Positions 46,071-58,749 of a stretch of 64,000 nt of DNA are shown here, in pieces (position 1 is the first letter of the stretch; the number at the start of each line of letters is the position of its first letter). The notes under the pieces are model-generated. The model saw nothing but the letters and a program-made list of their open reading frames with translations, was not told the DNA's origin and did no database searches. Source of the stretch: Octopus sinensis (Eukaryota); NCBI RefSeq assembly GCF_006345805.1, contig NC_043022.1, forward strand, positions 17,670,001 through 17,734,000, written 5' to 3'. A program made the translations under genes and the position numbers.

Positions 46071-49049
46071 ACATCTTCCATCGGTAAAGTAACAGCTTTC
46101 ATTTCAAAACTTGATCAAGTATTGTCAGATCTCAAATTCAAGCTGCAGGATTTGTCAGAGACCTTGGCATGGAGCAAGAACGATTGTTGAATAATATCCA
46201 TATTATCTGTTGGTTATTGTTGGATGATGTTTGCTTCTGACAGGATCCTATGGAGAAGATGCCTGAGGACTCTATCCCCATGACTGTCTCAGGAGTAATG
46301 GCTGAAGAAAATGAGTGAATGGATTTGACAATTTATTCATTCATAAACCTAAAACATGTAGGAACCTCAAGAAATCATAACAATCAGTGCAGACTTTGAC
46401 TTGTTTTATTAACTCTGTTAATTCTGTAGAGGACATTAAAAAGTAAAATCCTGACAATTCTTGTCTTCACTTTAGCCTCCATTGAGGAGTTCTATTGATC
46501 TCCGTTGGATGGGTCAATGGCCTGATACCATCTGTTTTGTGTTCACATGAATTGTAAACATTCTTAGATTTGACCTTGTCATATTTTTGACCCAAATAAA
46601 ATTCCCACCAAGTCTGCATTACACAGACCCATATTTCTTTCTTACTCCTAACTGTTCAATTGGCCCCATTCATGGCCACATGTCTGGCTTGTGTCTCCCA
46701 GCAACAATAAGTTTTTAAGACTGTTCTTGATTTCTTTTGCTTTTCAGTTATTAAGTCCAACCATTTCTGTTTGAAGAAGTGACCTAAGTGAATGTATGAA
46801 GTATTGAACAACCAGCTTATGGAGTCTTATTACATACTCTGCTAGATATAAAACATCTTAACATCTGGAAATGTTTCCTGAGATAGACTAGCAGTTTATC
46901 CAGAGTAGATTTATCTCTCATCTCCTTAAAACTATGAAACTAGAAGGAAGCCTATTCATATTTAAATGACATTTACATTACTTTCTCTGATTTCCATAAT
47001 AATACTCTTGTTTACAATACTTTGTAAATCTCAGATTGCCTTGCCCTAAATAGTTTTATGGCCTCTGGTTTACAAGGAAGAAAAACGTGAGTTTATGACA
47101 TTCAAAAACAACTTCAAGGATACTTATGATATGCATGATCTAAATGGCTGCAACCGTAAACTGAAAGCAGGTTATAGACTTAACTTGCAATAAGCTTACC
47201 TTTACTCTATGACCGTCACCTGTCAAACAAGAATTAGATAACAATTATCAAGTTGAAGTGAATTATGTCATTTAAAATACTTTTAACTTTCAGAAAAACT
47301 GAATGAATGAGTCACTTGAATCTTCGCAGTTGATTACAGCAACGATAGGATAAAATTTCATTGACATTTAAAATAGGTTTTTATATGTGCTACATCATTA
47401 ACACGTTAAATAAATCAGGTGTTTTTGGTTAAATTACTGATAGATATCACCAATGTATATTTGACTTGAATCTGTAATTATTTTGTCTTGTTCCATGATG
47501 AATAATAAATAAGAAAACCACGAGTGAATGACCAAATGGTTCAAGTGATTCTTTGTTGAAATCAAGTGCTACAGATCAGATTCTCGAACAAGTCATATTG
47601 TACTATTTGCATAAGGTCATTCTATCCTATTGTTGTTTCAACCTTCTTTACCTGGAGCGGTGGTAAAAACGGAGAAGGGCGTAAACATTTTTTCTTTACA
47701 GTTGGATGGTTTTGAAGATTATATCACTATGGGGAATATATCTAATCCAGACGACATGAATAGCTAAGGTGGAAAGATATATAAATATAAAATTTTATAG
47801 TATCATCACTCTGTCTTATATATATAAAAAAAAACAAGATCATTTTACTAAATCAAAAATATTAAATTCACAATTTTAATTACAAGAGAACTTTTCTAAC
47901 TTTATAACATTAACAATAATTAAGTTTGTATGCAAGAGTTGATTCCACTACAAAGATCCATTGATTAGGCTGCCTGTCTTGGTACATTAGCTATGATAAT
48001 GAGAGACAGCAACGAGTTGAATGTCGTAATTGCATCAGGGAATATGCAGTTCAGTGAGTTTGTTTAGTTTGGTAGATTTAGGGTTGGAGAAACATTCGAT
48101 CTATGTATTGATTTTTAATTGAATATTTTATCTTTCATATCAACTGCTATGTGTATGTGTGTACACATACATACCACCATCATCATCTTCCTTATTTAAC
48201 ATCCCATTTTTTCCATGCTTGCATGGGTCAGATGGAATGTGTTGAAGATTTTCCACAGCCCTTCCTGTTGCCAACCCTCACCTGTTCTCAAGCAAAGTAA
48301 TCTTTCTTCATAGCTAGACATGATTTTCATGGCACCACCCTCTCTGTATGAAGGGGATTCTTATTTACAACCATCACATGATGTCAAGACAAGGATACAC
48401 TCAAACACATGGCACATAAAAAGCACCATTCAAGCATGGTCAATGCCAGTGCTGCCTGACTGGTCCCGTGCCAGTGGCACATACAAAGCACCATTCAAGT
48501 GTGACTGTTGCAAGTGCCATCTGACTGACTCCCATGCCAGTGGCATGTAAAAAGCATCATTCAAGCGTGGTCGATGCCAGTACCACCTGACTGACCCTCA
48601 TGCTGGTGGCATGTAAAAAGCACCTACTACACTCTTGGAGTGGTTGGCGTTAGGAAGGGTTTCCAGCTGTAGAAACTTTGCCAGATCAGTTTGGAGCCTG
48701 GTGCAGCCCTCAGTCAAACTGTCCAACCCATGCCAGCATGGAAAGTGGATGTTAAACGATGATGTCCGCTTTCCATACTGGCATGGTTGTGAATTAGACA
48801 ATTCCACATTAACTGCCACATCCTAAACCTTTTGAACTTCATCCAAGAAAAAAAAAAATCCAGAAATCTTTTCAACGGATAAACCTTCATTCACCAACCC
48901 AGTTTGATCATTTCCTCACTGATCTGCTGTGATCTTTCCTTTTGTGTTCGCCCATATAAACTTCAAAAGGGGTCTTCTCTGGCAAACTTACCACTTGTAT
49001 ACCTCTCCTTGCTAAAAGTTACTTGATACAAACATGGTCTGAAGGTCGT

Positions 49050-50150
49050 TGGTCTGGTCTGTGATGGTGACTGGTCGAGTTGAGGAATGAAAATAGATTT
49101 CTTGGGTTGCATGAAAGAGTCACTGAACAACATCCACGAATATTTAACAGATTTTATTATTGAACTTAAAGAAAAACTGTTGGCCTTTTACAGATATAGC
49201 AATTTCAATAATTACAAACTTGGAGAGAGATTCTGCCTGGCGTTTACAGCAACCTGCAGTATGCCCAATACAACTGGAAACATTTGTGCTATATTCATGG
49301 TGATGAAGGTTCCTGTCATCTATCTGTGCCATCTGTCTTAGCTGCTTTCTTCAGTTGTCTAAAAGTGCTTGCTGAATGGTTTTTATAGGGAACCAGAAGT
49401 CAAATTCTAGAATGTTTGAGAAAACTTGCCCATGCCATTGCTTCACACTGATTGGTCAGTTAATAGACTGATCACTTGAAACTATGGTGATTTGCTTGTG
49501 ATGTCTGACCACACATCCAGGGATTTGGTTTTGAATCATTACCATTCACTCTTATATTCTTGCTTCTCCTGTATTGCATCCATTCTATTCAGAAAGAAAA
49601 TGACACATTGTTTTTCTTAGATAGGAATCCCATTTGAAGAGAGATTTTTCTTATCTGTTTAATGCTACAGGAAAAGAAAGACTGGGCAGTGATATTATCG
49701 GTCTTGGTGATTCATTGCTGGATTTACTAACTCTTTTGAGAAAATTTGGTATTATTAGACATGGGTAAAATTTAGACAGTCAAAATCCCAGAAAGTGTCA
49801 CAGAAACAAGTTTTTGAAGATTAACCTCAACCAACTTTATCCATTTGATAGATAAAAAGAAGCTTTCTTTCTATCTTAACCAACAATGTATCATGGATCT
49901 TGAGTGGCTGCCAGGTTGTTGTATATGGAATTTAGCTGGATATAACGATTTCCTTCTCAGTTATTTTAATGTCACCCAAAGGAGTGTGGAAGCATGGTTG
50001 AGTGCCCGGGGCTATTATTCCACACACTCTCTTGTCCTGAAGGACAACCTCTCTATTACTGAAGGCCCAAACACATCAACATGCAGTTGGGGTCTGGTGA
50101 GTCCAACATCCGAAATGGGTCTAGAGTTTGCTTAGAACATGGCATACTTT
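49050..50150 (+). mobile_element. Possible highly decayed DIRS-like retrotransposon RT/RNase H
   Basis: Scattered remnants in plausible order: FMVMK, GFESLPFTL, FFLDR (YLDD-like), LLTLLRKFG, QQCIMDLEW..WN. Weak, by-eye similarity only. Confidence 0.28.
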
Positions 50151-50311
50151 CACTCACCAATGGACTACTTATGGTCGAAGCCTAACTCGTATCCTCTTTT
50201 GAATTTTTTAAAAATAGATAAAACTGCATTTGCTTCTCAGAACTTGATGTATATATACTGACCTTTACTTAAACTCTTGTATAACCTCAAACACCCTGTT
50301 TTTACCCCTAG

Positions 50312-50355
50312 CTTAACCAATCTACAACGGTATGAGAAAACAACAAACACTGCTC
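50312..50355 (+). CDS. Candidate penultimate exon of an unidentified gene
   Basis: Strong acceptor cctgtttttacccctag| and donor CTC|gtaagt. One frame is open over the whole exon: LTNLQRYEKTTNTA (phase 2-1). Confidence 0.4.
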
Positions 50356-50564
50356 GTAAGTAGTCTTTCATGTTTAATCGCTTTTACGTTTATTTAAAAT
50401 AACACCGTTTTTCATTGACCCCAGGCCATAAGACAAAATCAAAATCTTGATTTTTGCCTTATATACTTCTAGAGTTGATAAACTAAATCTCAGGCAAGAA
50501 CAATCAACTATAACCTGCTCCTATAAATATGTGACCTTATGTTAGTCTGACAAGGAACATTTAT

Positions 50565-50908
50565 TTAACCCTTTGACATTTAAAACGGTCATACACAGCC
50601 CAAACATTCTTCTTATTTTATGTTCAAACTGACCAGCTCTAGCCTCCCACACTTACCCTACAATGTCACTCTAAAAATAAACAATTACATCATTGAAATC
50701 CTGTACCATTTTAAGATATAGGGACACTAGGCAATTTCCCTGGGGTAGCATAGATCTAGGGGCATTGATTTGCCCAGGGGGTTATAATGCTAAAATGGAC
50801 GGCCCTGTTGAAATCTCGCATCTACAAAATAAGGCATGATTAATTCAAAACAATGTGAATAGATAAGCCTTACATTTGACAGAGCAATCTGAATGCTAAA
50901 AGGGTGAA
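50565..50908. mobile_element. TTAA-flanked MITE, second copy, carrying a 107-bp nested insert
   Basis: ttaaccctttgacatt...aatgctaaaagggtgaa. Insert 50701-50807 is flanked by duplicated ttgaaatc. Confidence 0.6.
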
Positions 50909-51081
50909 ACTTTACTCAACACGTGTCAGTAATTTAGGTGAGTCTACAAAGCAGAGTGTATTACTCTTCCTTTCTCATCTGACTAATAAACAAAATAAAA
51001 ATGAATATTTTGTGAAGATTTTTCTTGTATGGGGTTAGGGTATGAATTAATTTATTTTTAAACTGACCTCTTTTCTAACAG

Positions 51082-51116
51082 GTATTTCATACCTGAAGCA
51101 TATAGTCAAATCGTAG
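51082..51116 (+). CDS. Candidate terminal exon of the same unidentified gene
   Basis: Branch-like ctgac plus ctcttttctaacag|. Joins the previous exon in frame to give RISYLKHIVKS*. Confidence 0.38.
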
Positions 51117-52005
51117 CCTCTATGTCTCTAATTATATGGTTTGCAGAAATATGTTGGCTAAACTCTTTTTTTCCTTACCACAATAATGCAGAAGCTACGA
51201 TTTATTCACAGTTGTTGTGTTGAACAGAATCAACTGCTTGAACTTTCAATGAAAACAGATTTATGAATTGGTGACCATCTCTATTGAATGTTTTTACTAA
51301 AAAAAACATTGGTCTTTAATCCCAAACCTAGACGAACTAAGTATCATGTTTGAAAATATAATACTGTGTACACCGAGATTTGAATCCACGATCTAAGGCT
51401 AGAATACTCCAATACAGATATCCATTTGGCCGTTATACTTCTATATAGCAACGGGGATGGAGACGAAAAATGGTTGCTTTCCCCTCATCTTAGATAGAGG
51501 AGATGTTGCGAGGGTCATACTTTTCATATGAACATTAAAAGACATAAGTAAATTATACGTAAAGGCCTAGCAGACCAGCCAGGAGCACAAACTGCCACAT
51601 CAACGACCAAGGCTTTCATGTACTTCGTAGACATTAGAGATACATTTGACGAAGAACCATCGTTTGTACAGCTGAGCAGAAAACTGATTGTTTGATTATT
51701 GCTCTTCAATCTCGACAAATCTTATGTCCAAACGCACTCCAGTTTTGGCTATCCTGTCTTTTTCAGGCAGTTTATTTAGTGCCACATCAGCGAACGTATC
51801 CTTTCTAAATGTTTATATGGATGTGATTAAATGAAAATGTTGGCTGCTATTTCTAGCAGGTCGAACGACCATGCATTGACTTTGTTTTTTCGAGGGACTT
51901 TATTTAATCGACCATGGAAGAGCATAAAAAGTGAACTTCAGATACAATTAATAATAATGGTTAATTATTACTGGCTGCACAAATGAAGTAATGTGGTGTT
52001 CATGC

Positions 52006-52143
52006 CTTTCCGAAGGAGATCATCATCGTTAAGTGAAGCAGGTTTTCCCTCGGCCACTGTCCATGCCTTGTTAAGACCCTGGTCAGGGTTTTCACTGGAC
52101 AAATCGACTTCAACTGTTCTTCCTGTCATCCAAGGAAGATTAT
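52006..52143 (-). CDS. Candidate exon of an unidentified minus-strand gene
   Basis: 138-nt open frame DNLPWMTGRTVEVDLSSENPDQGLNKAWTVAEGKPASLNDDDLLRK in a locally less AT-rich patch. Requires a GC donor (AAG|gcatga). Confidence 0.28.
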
Positions 52144-53364
52144 CTTATGGAATCTATCCGTCCCCTATGTCCTTCTTTATTTCAGAAGGTTAGCTCTGAT
52201 TGAAGCTAAACAACAGAGCCATCTTTAGCAAGTTGAAGGACAATTTAAAGGTGAGAAGGTAGAGCCCAGTATATCACTGGTATTATTTATTTGACCCGGG
52301 AAAGATGAAAGGCTAACTTTACAGTATATCACTAACAACAATAATAATTTGCAACAATAACTAATTTCTAATAAATAATAAATATAATCATTAAAGGAAG
52401 ATCTTCGCCAAAACATTTGGGCGCCCATCGTCGACTCTGCCCCCTTTACGTCTCCCCCTTTCTCTCTCTCCATTACCTTTATCCTCCTCCTCCTTCTCTT
52501 CTAATACCTACTTCCTCCCCTTCACTCTCTATCTTTCGCTCATACGTCCTCCCTCTCCTCCTCACTATTATACACACATACTCTATACACACCTCTCTTC
52601 CATATACACACCTCTCTATACACACTTCCCACTCTATCTCATGTCCTCCTCTCTCTCTATTCTGCACTTGAGTTATTTCTCTTCCTTCTCTCTCTCTCTT
52701 TTGCACTCTTACCAAACACAATATCTTACGCACATTCCTATTTCTTAGCCATTATCCACTCTCTCTCTCTCTCTACTCAATTCAACAACTATACACTCGT
52801 TTATTCACTCCAGCACCTTCATCTTATTCTTCGACTTTTGGTCGTCAACACAACCACATTTAAGACTGAATGTTGTCAGCACACACAACACCACCAAACC
52901 AACACACACAATTAACAACTATTCTTCCCTCCTTCCTTCCTTTTTACTAAACGACAGCAGAAGTCGATTTATTACAACTCTAAACCATTTCTAATAACTT
53001 TAACTATTATTATTACTTTTACCAATTAATATTAACAGTCGATTTACCAACAGCTTGAAGATAAAATGTGAAAGAGAAGGCGTGGACCAATTTATTAGGT
53101 GCAAACAACACACCACACACATATACAGACCTGTGTATATATATATATATACATGTGTCTGTGTGTGTGTATATATATGTGCGCGCCCTGTATTGGTTAA
53201 GTTTGAGAAGCCATCAATTAAGAAGTGGGGGAAAGAAAATGTGGAAGAAAAACGAAGTAGGGGAGAAGAAAAGTAAATGAGAAAAGTGTTTAATAAAGAA
53301 GCTAAAAGGGGAAGAGCAGAGGACGGACGGAGAAAAAGTGTGAGGTGAGGTTTATCTGTGAGTC

Positions 53365-53372
53365 TATCGATA
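53365..53372. promoter_or_regulatory. DRE-like palindrome TATCGATA in the putative LPCAT3 promoter
   Basis: Exact TATCGATA about 690 nt upstream of the ATG, at the start of a repeat-rich 5'UTR-like stretch. Function in molluscs is only inferred. Confidence 0.3.
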
Positions 53373-54053
53373 AGAAGAGAGGGGGAAAGAAAAAGCTTAG
53401 CCATTTGTCGGGGGTGAGAGTTGTTTAAGTAAGAGGCAAGAGAAAAAAGATTGAAAGCAAATCTGTGATAAGAAGACCATTCGAAGAGGTAGTAATACAA
53501 TAATAACAAGAAGAAGAAGAAGGCGGCTAGTAATATTGATAATAATAATAATATTAGTGATACCAGTGGCACGGTCGTCACTCGATTCTCTCTGCCGACA
53601 ACAGGAACCAGCACACCGACACCGTATTGCAGCAACGACCATCATCAGTATTTCACCAATAATAATAATGATTTAAAGGTTGCTGTGGTGAATGGTGGTG
53701 GCACGTTGTTTAGAAGGAAGCTAACCACATTTATAAAGCAACTAACCCCATAAAACACCCCCACAAAACATTAATCTAGATCTTCCCTCCATCTCTTTCT
53801 GAAAGGCTTCCTTTGTCGTTTCTACCTTTTTAATTTTTTTTTCGAATAAGACAGAAATTTCTAATTGGGAAAGAGAAAAAAAAAACAAAAGCAAAGCAAC
53901 ACCACATCTCTACTAATATCACCAGTACCACCACCACCACCACCACGAATATTATAACAGCAATACTAGTTCCAAAAGCAGCAGCACCACTACTAATACA
54001 CCAGCAGCAGTAATAATACCAACAGCAACAACCACAACAGTAACATCAACAAG

Positions 54054-54186
54054 ATGTCTGTAAGTGATGGTGGAACCTGGGCCAAAGTGTCGGAGGTTTT
54101 CCGAGGGGACAGTGCCGTCAAAGCCCTGGCCAGTGGAGTCGGAGTCCCGGATGATTCCGTGCGGATGTTTCTATCACTTTTGGCTG
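54054..54186 (+). CDS. LPCAT3: Lysophospholipid acyltransferase 5-like (MBOAT), coding exon 1; downstream exons not found in window
   Basis: MSVSDGGTWAKVSEVFRGDSAVKALASGVGVPDDSVRMFLSLLAG resembles human LPCAT3 LATSLGASEQALRLIISIFLG. Phase-1 donor G|gtaagt at 54187. Assignment rests on this exon alone; other MBOAT paralogs are possible. Confidence 0.75.
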
Positions 54187-54321
54187 GTAAGTGCACACAA
54201 TCCACCTTCTTTTAATCTACCTTGTTTTTCTATTATGTGTGTGCGTATATATATATATACACACGCACACATACATACATGTCTTTTCTATACTTTCTTT
54301 TGTCTATCAATACATTCTTAT

Positions 54322-54361
<40 letters not shown>

Positions 54362-56139
54362 TTGCATGCACTTAAGTACGTATTCTATGTATATATCCAA
54401 TGTATATTGCGTGTGTGTATATGTATATATATATAAGATATGAATGTATGTCTTGGTTCGCACGTTGGAATTTACGACCAAGAGAGGGGCTTAACTCAAT
54501 ACCGAAGTGTAATTATTATTTCAGTCGGTTCCTGTTGCTCGACTTTTGCCAGTCTCCTCTCTGGTCACCAGAATCAGATGAATGTCAGCATTATAATAAA
54601 TACATTCATTTATTTATTGTGGTGGATACACGAGGTTTCTCGCACACTGAGGTTGCGACAACTCGACCCTAATATGTTCTTATTTAGCTCCATGTTAGCC
54701 CTGGTGAAGCATACCTATGGCAAAGACATTCCATGAATGACCGTCCTGACTTTTCTTTATATCAAGGACTGACATCGGGAAAAAAAAAAGAAAGGCAAAG
54801 CCGACCCCAGTTCGAAACTCGGAAACTTTGGGCACCAAACCGTTGGCGCCCATCGTCCTCTTGTAGAGCAGATAACATTGCTCGACATGTTATCAGTGTT
54901 GGCCGACAATAGAAACAATTTACTAACATTATTGCATTCGTGTTTTTATTGTAGAGCAACACAAATAAAACCGAGCTGGCGGCAACATGTTGCTTGTGCT
55001 AAACACTTCGTCTCCGTCTGCTGGGAAACGAAATCATTTCAGCGCTCAATCTTTGGGTCGCCTGCAACATTTGGACCCCTAAACCTTCGTAAGGAGCAGA
55101 AACTTTGAACATTTACATGCCCATTCCTGATTGACATGCTAAATCGAAACATATGCATATAATACAGTAAATAAATAAATGTGTGTGTGTATATATTATA
55201 TATATATATATACACACACACATACACACACACACACACACATTTATAAAGAGGGAGACTGTAGTTCGCTTGACCCGCTCGGAGTAATTGTTAAATCTCC
55301 CTAAAAAGCACACCTTACCATCTTTAAAAATGGGGCTCATTGGATAATGTAGCCATAGATAATACTGTCTGAACACAGGACCAGGTGACACACATCTGAG
55401 TTGAGGGTTACGCACAACCTGTCTATATTTTCTCTCTGCTTGTGGACTCAAGAGGATGTCCATATTTTCCTGGTTACCTCCAACTTCGTAGTTCTCTTGT
55501 CACTGTACATGTTTGCCAGAGACAAGATTTTCAGCTGCCACTGGGTCAGTATGCTTGGTACTTATCTCAAAAATGTGTATAAAAACATATTACCCCATTT
55601 GGTGTAGAGGGATATATATAATCAACCGAACCTGATCACTGGTTTATTTACTCGACTTATTTTAATGACTAGGGAGATGAGAGAAACATTCCCGGACAAT
55701 TCGATGCCCCACCCAAGAAAAGGAGCAATGGTATTTACAATTAAGAAGATTGAATTTGGGGGTAGCAAGTGACAGATTTGTAGGGTAATTTGAGCTTTTG
55801 ATGTTGTAGAGCAGGAGTTCACAACCGGACTCTACATGTCCCTTGAAGGTTCATACGAAATTTCGTAGAGAAAAATAGGAATCAAAGGGGTTTGTAGGTT
55901 AAAAATGGTTGAGGTTCACTGCTGTAGAGTATTATTAATTGGACCCAAATAATGTGTGATAACAGTTAAAATGGCTTTATTCACATTCGTTGGTCAATAA
56001 ATCAGTGAAGCTGTGAGGAGGTAGGTTTGACCAGCATAAAATGGACATAGGATATTAGGCTTCAGTTTGAAAATATTCTGTGTTTGTATATGTCAGTATG
56101 CGAAGAGGCGTTAAATGAAATAATTATATATATATATAT

Positions 56140-56930
56140 ATCATCATCATCGTTTAACATCTGCTTTCCATGCTAGCATGGGTTGGACGGTTCAACTGGG
56201 GTCTGGGGAGCCCGAAGGCTGCACCAGGCCAGTCAGATCTGGCAGTGTTTCTACAGCTAGATGCCCTTCCTAATGCCAACCACTCCGAGAGTGTTGTGGG
56301 TGATTTTATGTGCCACCGACACAGGTGCCAGACGAGGCTGGCGAACGGCCACGATCGGATGGTGTTTGTTACGTGCCCACAGCACGGAGGCCAGTCGATG
56401 CGGTACTGGCTACAGCCACGTTCGGATGGTTTTCTTATGTGCCACCGGCACTAGTACCACAAAGATACAAATTCCATTGATGTTCATCTATTTTGATTTG
56501 GTTTGATTTTCTCTTGCCTCAACAACAGGTCTTCACAAGTGTCACAAGAAGGAAGGTATGCACAGGTGGACTGACTACGTCCCAGGTCGGGGCCACGGGT
56601 TATGGCCTCACTAGTCTTGCCGGGTCTTCTCACGCACAGCATACTTCCATAGGTCTTGGTCTCTAGTCATTTCCTTGGTGAGACCTAAAGTTCGAAGGTC
56701 GTGCTTCACCACCTCGTCCCAGGTTTTCCTGGGTCTACCTCTTCCACAGGTTCCCTCAACTGCTAGGGTGTAGCACTTTTGCACACAACTATCTTCAGCC
56801 ATTCTCGTCACATGACCATACCAGCGCAGCCGTCTCTCTTGCACACCACAACTGATGCTTCTTAGGTTCAACTTTTCTCTCAAGGTACTTACACTCTGTC
56901 GATTATGAACACTGACATTACACATTCATC
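56140..56930 (-). mobile_element. RTE-like LINE 3' end (RT C-terminus and tail)
   Basis: ERRLRWYGHVTRM..GRGRPRKTWDEVV, followed by the family 3' tail ending in (gat)n. Confidence 0.88.
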
Positions 56931-57105
56931 GGAGTATAGCATGCATATGTGTATTTATATATATATAGCATGCATATGTGTATTTATATATATATATAGC
57001 ATGCATATATGTATTTATACATATGTAGTACGTATATAGGTATATATATATAGCATGTATGTATGTAGCATGTATATATGTGTATATATATATAGCATGC
57101 ATATA

Positions 57106-57148
<43 letters not shown>

Positions 57149-57179
57149 GTGTGTATGTATATATATATATATATAAACA

Positions 57180-58190
57180 CACCGGCTCGACTGGCTTCCG
57201 TGCTGGTGGCACGTAAAATGCACCAACCTGACCGTGGCCGTTGCCAGCCTCGCCTGGCACCTGTGCAGGTGGCACGTAAAAAGCACCCACTACACTCACA
57301 GAGTGGTTGGCGTTAGGAAGGGCATCCAGCTGTAGAAACATTGCCAGATAAGACTGGAGCCTGGTGCAGCCTTCTGGCTTTCCAGATCCCCGGTCGAACC
57401 GTCCAACCCATGCTAGCATGGAGAACGGACGTTAAACCATGATGATGATATAAGATGCACCAAGTGTAAGCTATGGACACAAGAGGTGCAGCAATGTCAA
57501 AGGAAGGCAAACTGGGAAGATAGTTTTTGTAATTGGCAGATGCTCAGGAGCAATAAACACTGAAAATGCTCTGAGACCAACTTCCGCCACATTCCAGGGA
57601 GAAAAACTAGAAATAGTTGATAGCTTCCGTTACCTAGGTGACCAAGTCAGTAGTGGGGGTGGTTGAGTTGAAAGTGTAACTGCTAGAGTAAGAATAGCCT
57701 GGGCAAAATACAGAGAGCTTTTACCTCTGCTGGTGATAAAAGGCAGACTGTATGACGCATGTGTACGAACAGCCATGCTACATGGCAGTGAAACATGGGC
57801 CGTGACTGCTGAGGATATGCGTAAGCTCGCAAGAAATGAAGCCAGTATGCTCCGATGGATGTGTAATGTCAGTGTTCATACTCGACAGAGTGTAAGTACA
57901 TTGAGAGAAAAGTTGGACCTAAGAAGCATCAGTTGTGGTGTGCAAGAGAGACATTTGCGCTGGTATGGTCATGTACTGTGGATGAATGAGGAGAGATGTG
58001 TGAAGAAGTGCCACTCCCAAACAGTTGAAGGAATCCGGGGTAGAGGTAGATCCAGGAAGACATGGGATGAGGTGGTCAAGCGTGACCTTCAAATGTTGGG
58101 CCTCACAGATGCAATGATGAAATCTCGAGATCTCTGGAGATATGCTGTGACTGCGAAGACCCGACATGGTGAGGGTTGGTGATGAAAGGA
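57180..58190 (+). mobile_element. RTE-like LINE 3' tail plus RT C-terminal fragment
   Basis: Tail at 57180-57450, then GRLYDACVRTAMLHGSETWAV..LRWYGHV..GRGRSRKTWDEVV. Confidence 0.88.
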
Positions 58191-58749
58191 CATCCAAATG
58201 TAGCATGTCTTCAATAAACTCTGATGTGAACATTAAATGAATGATATATATATATGTGTGTGTGTGTGTATGTGTTTTGGAATGGTGAATCTGGCAGTGG
58301 ATAAAGCTACGAATTAATAAGATGTAAATATTGGGTTAAAAACAAGTTTTGGATAGAAAAAGTCAAAGGTTGTCTTTCTAAGTGCCAATATTTGCTGTCT
58401 TTCTGTCTAAACCAATATTTACACAATATTATTTTGTAGCTTTATCTACTTCAAGCTCCACCATTAAAAATGAATTGTTTTATGTCTCTCAGTTTCTAAA
58501 TTCTTATAATATAAGCAATATATATAAATATATATGAATGTAAGGTCCTTCTTGCTGAGGAATGTACCACCCAAAATAGGTTATTGGTTAGTGATTTCCG
58601 ATTTAGAACCAAAAAAGACTCAGAGATGCAAATCAATTTGGAAAAAGAAATGATGAAAGCTGAAAGATTCAGTGAATGGTGAGAAATTTCAAGAAATACC
58701 ATTTGAAGCATTTAACAAGAAAGAGAAAGAGGAGGAGGTGATATAACGT

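Noticed and set aside
46085-46190. Open frame IGKVTAFISKLDQVLSDLKFKLQDLSETLAWSK
   Set aside because: No splice signals. It resembles the FKxKLDxxL C-terminal motif of LINE ORF2 or a hAT fragment and is too short to assign.
53000-53645. Hydrophobic minus-strand ORFs resembling signal peptides or TM segments
   Set aside because: They derive from AAT/AAG/AAC-rich low-complexity sequence in the putative LPCAT3 5' region.
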